24,889 nt of DNA from the IMG/VR virus record IMGVR_UViG_3300036985_000471, positions 1 to 24,889 of that record; one strand, given 5' to 3'. Source of the stretch: a virus. Taxonomy: Duplodnaviria; Caudoviricetes. Positions 1-8,335 of this stretch are shown piece after piece. A program made the position numbers and the translations under genes. Positions within the stretch are counted from its first letter, which is position 1, and every line of letters starts with the position of its first letter. The notes under the pieces are model-generated. The model was not told where the DNA came from, did not search any database, and worked only from the letters and a program-made list of their open reading frames with translations.

Positions 1-15
1 GTTTTCATTATCCAT
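1..15 (-). CDS. Possible start of the next gene (MDNEN...), truncated by the window edge
   Basis: ATG at 15-13, 36 nt after the stop of the 532-aa gene, preceded by GGA. Only five codons are visible. Confidence 0.3.
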
Positions 16-51
16 GCTATATCCGTACGAAAAGTTTTGTTATAAAAAGGA

Positions 52-1650
52 TTATTTTTGCTGGGGTAATATACGCATCCCGTTAGATAAGCTTTTAAAT
101 GGTTGAGCAGTACTTGGGTCACCTTCTCCTTGCTGTCCTTTAGCCGAGTCTACATAAGCTTGGGCTTTTTCCATTATTTCGGCATCTGTTAATTTCTCAA
201 ACAAGCTATTTGTTTTAATAATATCCACTGCTTTCATATATAATGTTTCGTCTTGGTGTGCGGTAGGTTTGGACTCTAACAGGCTTTTTAGTATAGTCTG
301 TGCCCTGGCGTTGTCAAACTCCATATCTTTAATGTCTACGGCATTTTTGTGTGTAAGTCCCTGTTTATACTGCTCTTCCATCATTTTGTTATAAGTAGAA
401 GCTCTTGCAGCGTCAATAGCTGTTTGTTTTGCTAGAATAATATCAGCAGCTTCTCTATGTCCTTGTAGCCCAGCTTTCTTATTAGCCATTTGTAGGGCCA
501 TTAAATCTTTAGTAGCCGCTTGTTCGTCTTTAGCTCCTGATTGATAGCCAGATACACCTGACAGAAGACCCGCACCTAGAGCTTGCCCCATATATGGTGT
601 CTGAGCAGATAGCATACCACCTATACCCTGAGCTAGAGCGGTGCCCCATTTATCTTTATTAGCCCCTCTAGCCGCTTCTTTAGCCATAGCCACTTCTTCA
701 GACATATCAGCTTCTTCACCCCTAAACTTCATAATATCTTCTAGAGTTTGATAAGCAGTTGGGGCGGCTTCATTACGTGCCGCTGAGCTATTTGGGTTTT
801 TTTCATGCACTACATCATCTTTGCCTATAGGAGCTTCGCTGTACTTAGGTGTTGTTTGACTATTTAACATAGTCGCCACTGCGGCGTCTGCATCATAAGA
901 ACTAGGATTTACCTCGCCTTTAGATAGGTTCTTTTTTAAACCCGCCATGCCTTGGTGGTCAGTAATTTTATCTTTAGCCTTATCTGTTGGCATGGATATA
1001 ATGGGGGGTTGTTCCCTATCTGTTAAGTCTATTTGTTGACCTATATCCCCTGTGTGTTCTTTAGACTTCTTCTCAGCTAAGTCTTTATCTAATTTAAGTT
1101 TATCTTCTTCTAAGACAGTACCATAGGCTTCTTCTCTACTTGGAGGAGGAATTAGTCCTTGTAGTTGTTTTTGATACTCTTCACCATAGTCATTAAAACT
1201 ACCAAAATACCCACCTTCTTCAAAACGCCTAACTTCCCCACCATGAGCTAGTGCAACTAATCCACCTGTAGCAGCTTGCATTGGGTCTTGTGGAGCTGGC
1301 ATGTTTTCAGGGGCTGCACCTATACCTGCATTACGCATTGGGTCTTGTTGAGCAGATTGTTGCATAGCCATTTGGTTCCCACCTACTGAAGGTAGTCCTT
1401 GTGGTGAAGTTTGTTGAAACTCCTGCAACCTTTGTTGGAATATAGTACCTTGTGGTGCTTGAGGTGGTGGAGCTTTCATTTGTTTCTGATATTGAGCTGC
1501 ACCTGCAAAAGCTACTGCTTCAGGAGAGTTAGGTTTTTGTGCTACCTGCTGTCCCATTTGCTGCATTTGCTGGGGGGTAAAGGTCTTAAACAAATCAAAA
1601 GCTTGATTAACTTGTTGGCTATAAGCTTGGTTAACTACTGGAGCACTCAT
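52..1650 (-). CDS. Putative internal virion/DNA ejection protein (532 aa)
   Basis: Q/P/M-rich N-terminus, triple GG motif (AATGGLVALAHGGEVRRFEEGG), Gly-zipper hydrophobic segment (ALAQGIGGMLSA...ALGAGLLSGVSGY) and helical C-terminus. It lies in the post-tail block where podoviruses encode ejection proteins. Confidence 0.6.
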   Translation of the reverse strand: MSAPVVNQAYSQQVNQAFDLFKTFTPQQMQQMGQQVAQKPNSPEAVAFAGAAQYQKQMKAPPPQAPQGTIFQQRLQEFQQTSPQGLPSVGGNQMAMQQSAQQDPMRNAGIGAAPENMPAPQDPMQAATGGLVALAHGGEVRRFEEGGYFGSFNDYGEEYQKQLQGLIPPPSREEAYGTVLEEDKLKLDKDLAEKKSKEHTGDIGQQIDLTDREQPPIISMPTDKAKDKITDHQGMAGLKKNLSKGEVNPSSYDADAAVATMLNSQTTPKYSEAPIGKDDVVHEKNPNSSAARNEAAPTAYQTLEDIMKFRGEEADMSEEVAMAKEAARGANKDKWGTALAQGIGGMLSAQTPYMGQALGAGLLSGVSGYQSGAKDEQAATKDLMALQMANKKAGLQGHREAADIILAKQTAIDAARASTYNKMMEEQYKQGLTHKNAVDIKDMEFDNARAQTILKSLLESKPTAHQDETLYMKAVDIIKTNSLFEKLTDAEIMEKAQAYVDSAKGQQGEGDPSTAQPFKSLSNGMRILPQQK

Positions 1651-3638
1651 TATTTTTTACCTCTTTGAACAACTTTACCATTTCTAATAAGACCACCACG
1701 AGCCCCAAAAGCATTAGCTGGGTTAGATGTATTTGTAGACGCTGAAGTGCCTCCCCCTACAGGCTGCGAGTTAACCCCCGCAAGAACCCCCGCATTAATC
1801 TGGTTAGTAGCATTAAGAGCATTAAGAGCTGTTTGTTGGTTGTTAGTTACACCTTGCTGGCTTAAATTTTGTTCTGCTTGAACTATTTTTCCCTGTGCTC
1901 CTAAAATCTCTAGACCCGCTTGGTTTTGTGCTGTGCCTGTGCTTGTTAACCCAGAAGCATTTTGTCCTACGCCTTGAAGAGCACCGATACCTTGTTGGTT
2001 AGCAGTTAAGCCCGCTTGTTGGTTGGCTTGTTGAGCGGCTAACTGTTGCGCAGTAAGTTGTTGGTTAGCTTGATTTTGAGCCGCCATATTGGTAGACTGC
2101 GTTTGCTGTTGAGTTTGCTGATTAGCCAATGCTGCTTGTAAATCATTACCCGCTTGAGTACCTTGAATACCCATTTGGGCTTGTAGGTTTTGCAGTGCCG
2201 TGTTGTAGTCCATACCTTGGTTAGCCATCATAGCTTGGATTGAAGCTGCTTGATTTGCCAGAGTAGTTTGTTGTGCGGCAGATAGGTTAGCTTGCCCTGC
2301 GGTTAGTTGCTGACCTTGTTCATTAGTAAACTGACCCATACCTGATGCATAAGCTTCTTGTTGCCCTTTAGCCTGAATATCATTCAACAACATTGCTTGG
2401 TTTCTAGCTGCTTCTGATTGTTGTATAGCTTGGCGAGACCCACCAAAGGCACCTGCTTGTACCGACTGGGCGTTTAAATTATTAAGCTCTTTTTGATAGT
2501 CCCTATTAGATTCCCTTTTCTGTATGTCTGTTACGTTTTGTTGGTAGGGGCTCATATATTTAGCCGCAGTACCCTGATCCGTCCAAGACTTAGGACCCTT
2601 CATTTGATTAGTTTTAGCAGTAGGGGCTTTTACATCATCTGGCCCTTCCATTTGATACTGGGTTAGCTTGTTGGCTTTTACATCTTTAGCCCCTTGCATA
2701 GTAGACACCTTAGCTTTTTGTGCGGCTATGTCTTTAGGTTTATACCCTGCTGCTTTTGTAAGTCCTGCTGAAGACTGTTTATACATATCCGTAGCGGTTT
2801 TAAATTGCTCTGGAGTTTGTAATTTTCTAGCCTTTTCTTGTAATGCTAAGAAGTCTTTATTTGTAGATTTATACCCGGTTATATTACCTTTTGCATCGTA
2901 CACAGGCGTAGTATCGGCAGTGACGTTTTTACCTGCTGTACCTAAAGTATTCTTTAAATTTTTATCAGCTTTAGTCTCTGCTGCTGATTTACCAGCAACA
3001 TACCCACTTTTAGCTTGCTCATCTACGTACTTTTTATAGTCTGCGGAGGACTCAGTAGCCCCTCTAGGCCTTAAAGCCATTTGTCCTGTGTTAGGGTCTA
3101 TATTACCTGACCATTTATTAGCCTTTGAGTCAGTATAATTTTGCATAAAAGACGTATCTGCCGCACTTAAGGATTTCCCTGAGTCTATTAATTTTTGTAT
3201 ACGTGCCGATTTTTGTTCCGCAGATTCTTTTTTCGCAGATGCTTTTTTCGCTGCAGGTTTACCGCCCGCTGCATACCCCTCTAAGGACATCAGCCCACCT
3301 TGAGCTGCTTTTGGTGCTGTAGGGGCAGTCGGGGCTGATACCGGAGGTGTATAGGGCTCAGTATATTGATTTTGTATAGGGACAGGTGAATATCCCCCCG
3401 CTTTCATGGCGTCCCATGCGGCTGTTTGTTCAGCACTAGAGCGTAGCATACTAGTAATTGGTCCGGGTTTATCCGCAGTCCCTAACATAAGAGCTTGGTA
3501 TACTGGGTTCTGCCACGGAGACTGGTTGATAGTCTGAGTAGATGTAGTGTTTGAAGGCGTTGCTGGTGCACCACCATAGAATCTAGGGCAGATGTACGTA
3601 AAGAATAATTTGTGAAGACTACTTGGTTTAAATATCAT
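1650..3638 (-). CDS. Putative DNA pilot/ejection protein (662 aa, Q/A/N-rich coiled coil)
   Basis: Long Q/A/N-rich helical C-terminal half with recurring ANQ/ANL units, conserved-looking YMSPYQQNV...AGAFGGSRQAI segment, Lys/Ala-rich patch (KPAAKKASAKK) and three AxGG motifs. Confidence 0.6.
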   Translation of the reverse strand: MIFKPSSLHKLFFTYICPRFYGGAPATPSNTTSTQTINQSPWQNPVYQALMLGTADKPGPITSMLRSSAEQTAAWDAMKAGGYSPVPIQNQYTEPYTPPVSAPTAPTAPKAAQGGLMSLEGYAAGGKPAAKKASAKKESAEQKSARIQKLIDSGKSLSAADTSFMQNYTDSKANKWSGNIDPNTGQMALRPRGATESSADYKKYVDEQAKSGYVAGKSAAETKADKNLKNTLGTAGKNVTADTTPVYDAKGNITGYKSTNKDFLALQEKARKLQTPEQFKTATDMYKQSSAGLTKAAGYKPKDIAAQKAKVSTMQGAKDVKANKLTQYQMEGPDDVKAPTAKTNQMKGPKSWTDQGTAAKYMSPYQQNVTDIQKRESNRDYQKELNNLNAQSVQAGAFGGSRQAIQQSEAARNQAMLLNDIQAKGQQEAYASGMGQFTNEQGQQLTAGQANLSAAQQTTLANQAASIQAMMANQGMDYNTALQNLQAQMGIQGTQAGNDLQAALANQQTQQQTQSTNMAAQNQANQQLTAQQLAAQQANQQAGLTANQQGIGALQGVGQNASGLTSTGTAQNQAGLEILGAQGKIVQAEQNLSQQGVTNNQQTALNALNATNQINAGVLAGVNSQPVGGGTSASTNTSNPANAFGARGGLIRNGKVVQRGKK

Positions 3639-4048
3639 AGGGATTTACCTGTAATTATATATTTTTGCTTCATGTCGTATCGAGACCATAGCTTAACTAT
3701 AGATTCACGACCCGCACCTTCTAAATAAGTAGCACCGTTTGACCGGAGTATGTCTTCAAATTGAGCCCATGTAGCTCTGTTAGATACTAGTTTACCACCA
3801 ATAGCCACTACAAATCCAACTCTGTCAGCAGGTCTATTAAAATAAGACACAACTAAGGCTCCATGTATAGTATTTTCTTCATCAGTAGCAACAATAAGTT
3901 GCCAAGACCCTTGTACTACCATGACTTTTAAGTCACTTATAGAGTAGTCCCCAGAAGAATACTCAAGAGCTGCAGCTAAGTAACCCTCAACCTTATCCCA
4001 TATCTGGTTCACGTACTCTATAGGTACTTGTTGTACTTTAAGCAGCAT
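3635..4048 (-). CDS. GNAT-fold acetyltransferase-like protein (137 aa)
   Basis: Size and pattern (helix pair, WQLIVA strand, VVAIGG, GATYLEGAGRESIVKLW) resemble the small GNAT-like proteins found among podovirus internal-virion genes. Fold call is by eye. Confidence 0.5.
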   Translation of the reverse strand: MLLKVQQVPIEYVNQIWDKVEGYLAAALEYSSGDYSISDLKVMVVQGSWQLIVATDEENTIHGALVVSYFNRPADRVGFVVAIGGKLVSNRATWAQFEDILRSNGATYLEGAGRESIVKLWSRYDMKQKYIITGKSL

Positions 4049-5153
4049 GGTTTTTAGCCGCTCCTAACCCTTGGATATTAACAGACTCTTTGCGTACTTC
4101 CATCATAAGATGTCTTAAGAACTCTGCACCCGCTTTAGAGGAGCCATTACCCAAAGCACTAACTACATCAGCGGGGATAATATAAGCACCGTCTTTAAGA
4201 GGAATTTGACCTCCATGCGCAAGGGCTGTAAGACCACCAGTAGCTTTACCAATACTTCCAAGACCACCTAATGGGCCTGAAGGAGACCCAAAACCTAAAC
4301 CTCTTAAATTTTCCATACCTGCCTGATCCTTATTTGCAAATTCACCCGCTCTTAAGGCGTCTTCCTTAGCGGCTTTATCTGCCGCTTCATCGGCATTTAC
4401 CATACCAGTACCAGCGTAATCCGCAATAGCCCCTGCTCCTAAACCTTTAAGTCCTGCACTTAAACCTTCCCCTGTTATAGGAGACCCTGCTAAATTAGTT
4501 AGTCCTTGAGCGGCGGTATTCATAATCCCTGTGGGTTGTACAGATGTGGCTCCTGTACCTACAGTACCCGTATTAGAAATGTTTGACATAGACCCTAAAG
4601 GATCGGCAGAAATCGGAGTACCTCCAGCAACGGTAGCTAAATCTCCTGTAGGAGCGGATACACCACCTGCTAACCCACTTGCAGCGGATGCTGCTGCGGC
4701 TGTACCTGCTCCTACCAAAGCCCCTTTACCTACGTCATTTCCTCCTACAGCTGCACTTGTAGCACCTCCTGCAGCACCTGCGGCTACATTACCTATTCCT
4801 TGGGCTGCTCCTTGAATAGCAGCTTGGGTTCCCCCTACTGCGGCTGGACCTAAAGCAGCACCCACACCACCAGCAACCCCTGCGGTAGCAACACCGCCAG
4901 CTGCCCCCATAAGGGCGCCTTTACCCACATCCTGTCCTTGAGCCGCTGCAGAAATAGCCCCTACCCCCGCTCCTAATGCCCCTGCTGTTGCCGCCCCCGC
5001 TCCAATACCTGCGGCTAACCCTCCAACTGCTCCTGCGGTCCCCGCCCCCGCTGCCGCCGCTGCTGCCCCTATAGTAGTTGCCGCTGCCGCTGCCGTACCT
5101 GCTGTTGCCGCCGCTGTTGCCGCTGATGCTGCTGCCGATACTAAGAAACTCAT
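4038..5153 (-). CDS. Gly/Ala-rich putative membrane-penetrating ejection protein (371 aa)
   Basis: About 170-aa A/G-zipper N-terminus. C-terminal ATGGLTALAHGG is followed by a LKDGAYIIPADVVSALGNG domain paralogous to the C-terminus of the 459-aa protein. Confidence 0.55.
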   Translation of the reverse strand: MSFLVSAAASAATAAATAGTAAAAATTIGAAAAAAGAGTAGAVGGLAAGIGAGAATAGALGAGVGAISAAAQGQDVGKGALMGAAGGVATAGVAGGVGAALGPAAVGGTQAAIQGAAQGIGNVAAGAAGGATSAAVGGNDVGKGALVGAGTAAAASAASGLAGGVSAPTGDLATVAGGTPISADPLGSMSNISNTGTVGTGATSVQPTGIMNTAAQGLTNLAGSPITGEGLSAGLKGLGAGAIADYAGTGMVNADEAADKAAKEDALRAGEFANKDQAGMENLRGLGFGSPSGPLGGLGSIGKATGGLTALAHGGQIPLKDGAYIIPADVVSALGNGSSKAGAEFLRHLMMEVRKESVNIQGLGAAKNHAA

Positions 5154-5941
5154 TGTTCTGCTCCTAGTCTTACTTGGTTAGCTTGTCTGTAATCCACAGT
5201 AAGTTCTTCATTCTCACGGATATCTTTTAAGGCGTACATGTCAATATTATCTCCAGCGAGTAGATACTGTGTATTAGGGAAAGAGCTATGATTAGCATAT
5301 CTTCCAACAGAGGTTCTAAAAGGTCCAATACGTCCGGGTGCTATACGTGCACCACTAGCTATATCTTCAGAAGCAAATACCCCTTGACCCTCAATAGAGG
5401 AAGGGGAGATATAAGTTAGTTTTTCACTCTTTGGCATAGGTATCTGATCTTCTAAATTTTCTGATAGTCTACGGGCTTCTGCATCAGAGAACCCACCTTC
5501 GGTAATAGCTTGTATGTAGTCGTACTGTTGGTACTCTGCCATTGTGTTAAAGGTCAAAACATCAGCCACTTTAGTATCATCCTGTTCAGTGCACGAGTGT
5601 ATAGTAGCAAATTCTACTTCTTCATGTACATATACTACACGGTGTGTTCCAGCAGGTGTTACAAACATATCAGGGGCTACAACTTCTTGAGATTCACCAG
5701 CAGCATTTAGCATGGTAATACGACCTCTTAAAGCCACAGATATGTGATCTACTTTGTGAACTGCAGTTGTAAAAAAGCACCCTGCGGGGACAATGATCCT
5801 CCGCCCATATAAGTCTTTTGTATGATAGTGAGTTAAGGGCGTTTCTACACCTTGCAGTTCGCCACTGTCCACTTTAGCCTGTATACACACAGCCAGCTCG
5901 TCAATAGAATTTATAGCCCCTTGGGTTTGAACGGAGTTCAT
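5150..5941 (-). CDS. Cupin-like domain fused to a SET-domain lysine methyltransferase (263 aa)
   Basis: C-terminal SET signatures: SSIEGQGVFA (GxG), RYANHSSFPN (RxxNHSxxPN) and EELTVDY (ELxxDY). N-terminal beta-rich cupin-like pattern with HKVDH and a distal His (PAGTHRVVYVHEEVEFATIH). Confidence 0.85.
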   Translation of the reverse strand: MNSVQTQGAINSIDELAVCIQAKVDSGELQGVETPLTHYHTKDLYGRRIIVPAGCFFTTAVHKVDHISVALRGRITMLNAAGESQEVVAPDMFVTPAGTHRVVYVHEEVEFATIHSCTEQDDTKVADVLTFNTMAEYQQYDYIQAITEGGFSDAEARRLSENLEDQIPMPKSEKLTYISPSSIEGQGVFASEDIASGARIAPGRIGPFRTSVGRYANHSSFPNTQYLLAGDNIDMYALKDIRENEELTVDYRQANQVRLGAEQ

Positions 5942-7317
5942 GCGTTGTTTTGCATTGCTCTAGCTAACATCTTTTCAGCAGCCAACTTACCTGCATCTTG
6001 TTTAATCTGTTCTTTCTTACCATGAGAAGCTTGACGTACTATAGGCAGTAATTTGTCTAACAACTTAGCCCCTTCTTCAGGATCACCAAAGCCTAGCATA
6101 CGCACTAGATCAGGCGGTACAACAAACTCTCCATCAGCTAGTCTAATCTCTTCTTCACCGTCTATATTAGCTGCAATATCATCAGACATACCATCACCGG
6201 GGCCGTCTAAAAAACCGCCGTCCTTATAGTAGTCTAGTACTTCATGACGTTGTGGGGTAGTTGCAGCATAGGGTTGAGCACTAGGTATTTGAGACTGTGG
6301 GTAGGTGTTATTTGGGTTAACAGGTTGAGTGTTGATATACCCCCCATTTGCCATACCCACATCTTTTTGGATTACACTTTTAGCTTCATTAATTTCTTGT
6401 GGGATATTTAACTGTTTTAGCTCAGAGGCGTATTTTTCTGGGAATGTAGCCGTTACAGGTACACCATCCATAGGTATAGTCATAGATACAGGGCCCCCAA
6501 CAGAGTATCCAGATTTAGGACTAATTATGTTTTTATAATAATCAAATTGTGCTTGGTTATTGGGGTTATTAAGGGTAGAAAGGGGTGCTAATGGGTAGCC
6601 TAAGTCTTTAAAATAATCTTGTTGTTGTTGCTCATTAGCTTGCGCTGCTAACTTTTCATTGCGCATTTGAGTAGCCATAGCTTGGTTCTGTTCTACCATA
6701 CCTTGAGCACCAGAGCCTAAAAGAGCCCCCATGCCAGCTTGTTTACCCCAGTCCCACATAACATCTTTATTAGCAAACATAGCGGAGCCTTGATTTTTAA
6801 GAGCGTCCGTACCTACATCCATCATTGACCTTTCTGGCCCAACCATACTTTTTGTAAGGCTTCCTTCCACTGCAGGTGCAGTAGACACCCCATCTGTACC
6901 TACTAAAGGAGTAGTCCCCGGCAAATTACTACCACCAAAACCGCCCATACCTCCAGAAATAGCACCGCCTAATGCACCTGCACCGAAGCCTTTACCTTGA
7001 GCTGCACTCAACGCTCCACCAGCTAAAGCACCAGTACCTGCACCAATGGCAGTACCTCCAAGAGCCCCCATACCTCCACCACCTAACGCTGCTGCCCCTG
7101 CACCGCCTGTAAACGCACCAAGGGCACCTATGCCTAGCATGGCTATTATGTTCTTTAAGTCAAACGCCTCTTGCAGCCCTGTATCTGGGTTGGTTGGCAG
7201 TTTGTGACCTATTAGTGATTGAAGTCCAGCCAGTTCGTCTTCGCTAACATGTAAGAGCGTGTTGTCTCCGTGACGTCCTAGAGATGATAAGCCTTTTGCA
7301 GTTGTGTTATATGCCAT
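5938..7317 (-). CDS. Putative internal virion/ejection protein (459 aa)
   Basis: N-terminal GRHGDNTLLHVS...NPDTGLQEAF module, Gly-zipper hydrophobic stretch, three GG motifs, and a C-terminal GGFLDGPGDGMSDDI...LADGEFVVP domain resembling the GPG-SD-DGEFV motif of phage tape-measure/ejection proteins. Confidence 0.6.
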   Translation of the reverse strand: MAYNTTAKGLSSLGRHGDNTLLHVSEDELAGLQSLIGHKLPTNPDTGLQEAFDLKNIIAMLGIGALGAFTGGAGAAALGGGGMGALGGTAIGAGTGALAGGALSAAQGKGFGAGALGGAISGGMGGFGGSNLPGTTPLVGTDGVSTAPAVEGSLTKSMVGPERSMMDVGTDALKNQGSAMFANKDVMWDWGKQAGMGALLGSGAQGMVEQNQAMATQMRNEKLAAQANEQQQQDYFKDLGYPLAPLSTLNNPNNQAQFDYYKNIISPKSGYSVGGPVSMTIPMDGVPVTATFPEKYASELKQLNIPQEINEAKSVIQKDVGMANGGYINTQPVNPNNTYPQSQIPSAQPYAATTPQRHEVLDYYKDGGFLDGPGDGMSDDIAANIDGEEEIRLADGEFVVPPDLVRMLGFGDPEEGAKLLDKLLPIVRQASHGKKEQIKQDAGKLAAEKMLARAMQNNA

Positions 7318-7326
7318 ATGTATTCT

Positions 7327-7653
7327 CTATACAATTTTAAGGGTGCCAGCACTATTCCAAACATCACCAGAAACTAACCCAGTAGCCGCAGTTGGAAGGT
7401 CTACGATATTAACAACCGTTTTATTTACTAAGGCACTGAGCGGGTCTGTTATATGCACTATGGATGCTACAGGCTGGGTAATGGTATTGTTTGTTAAAGT
7501 AAGAACAAGGTCTGTTCCTCGCATACTACCCGGATTGTCTTGCTGTTCTATAAAGTAATTTAACAAGCGTATCATATTGTTCATGTACTGCACATCATAC
7601 TCTAACGGCGGTAGTGCAAGTACTGGAGAAGGAACTCTATTATTGTTAGCCAT
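7327..7653 (-). CDS. Small tail-associated structural protein (108 aa)
   Basis: Likely start is ATG 7653 (MANNNRVPSP) after GGAG, not 7671. It has an N-terminal LALPPLEYD..helix and a C-terminal LPT..GL.SGDVW..GTLKIV fibre-tip-like motif. Confidence 0.55.
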   Translation of the reverse strand: MANNNRVPSPVLALPPLEYDVQYMNNMIRLLNYFIEQQDNPGSMRGTDLVLTLTNNTITQPVASIVHITDPLSALVNKTVVNIVDLPTAATGLVSGDVWNSAGTLKIV

Positions 7654-7655
7654 TG

Positions 7656-8279
7656 TTAAGTCCCACTCCAATGTAATAGCTCTAATTCTTTTCTATCAGC
7701 TACGGCGTCTTCTAATGAGTATCTTTTTTTGCCATAAAACTTTTTCCCTTTAGTTGTTACTTGTGCCATATAGTAATCTTTTATACTACGTACCCCTGTA
7801 TACCCTGTTTTGTTATTTCTAGGCACCCTAATTGCCCTCGCTTGTTGAGTTGGAGATGCCCATACGCAGTTTTCTTTTGTATAATTACCATAAGGGTTCA
7901 CTCTATGCAAAGTTTTATTACCCTCTGGCTCCCCCATATCTGCCTCAAATGCTAAATAATCGTCCCAACTTTCTTGGTATATAACCCCTGCGCCACCGTA
8001 TTTAGAATAGTCTTTATCCTTAGGGTTATTACATCTGCGCCGCATGGCCCTCCATGTGTTATACGAGCTCTTTAACCACCCTCCATGTTTAAAATACCCT
8101 CCTTCACACCCACAAGACTTAGTGTTTCCTGTAGTTAGGCTTCCTCCACAAACTGTTGAAGTTTTTCCACACTCGCATTGGCATAGCCACATTTTCTGTT
8201 TATGCCTATTATACCCTGCAGGTTTTACTACCGTCAGTTTACCAAATACTACCCCAGATTTATCTATACTTGTACCCAT
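7656..8279 (-). CDS. Free-standing HNH-type homing endonuclease-like protein with C-terminal AP2-like domain (207 aa)
   Basis: FGKLTVV..WLCQCECG..SCGC N-terminus, W.AM.RRC.N..Y..YGG.G, TLHRVNPYGNYTKENCVWA (HNH-like core) and NNKTGYTGV AP2-like tail. Start at ATG 8279 is favoured by an AAGGGG Shine-Dalgarno. Confidence 0.85.
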   Translation of the reverse strand: MGTSIDKSGVVFGKLTVVKPAGYNRHKQKMWLCQCECGKTSTVCGGSLTTGNTKSCGCEGGYFKHGGWLKSSYNTWRAMRRRCNNPKDKDYSKYGGAGVIYQESWDDYLAFEADMGEPEGNKTLHRVNPYGNYTKENCVWASPTQQARAIRVPRNNKTGYTGVRSIKDYYMAQVTTKGKKFYGKKRYSLEDAVADRKELELLHWSGT

Positions 8280-8282
8280 TAG

Positions 8283-8310
8283 AATACCCCTTATGTACGT
8301 AAAAGGTATT
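8283..8310 (-). promoter_or_regulatory. RBS-sequestering hairpin upstream of the HNH gene
   Basis: Minus strand AATACCTTTTA-cgtaca-TAAGGGGTATT forms an 11-bp stem (2 G-U pairs). Its 3' arm contains the SD and ends 3 nt before the ATG. Confidence 0.6.
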
Positions 8311-8335
8311 AGTATACACTTATAATCAGTATACA

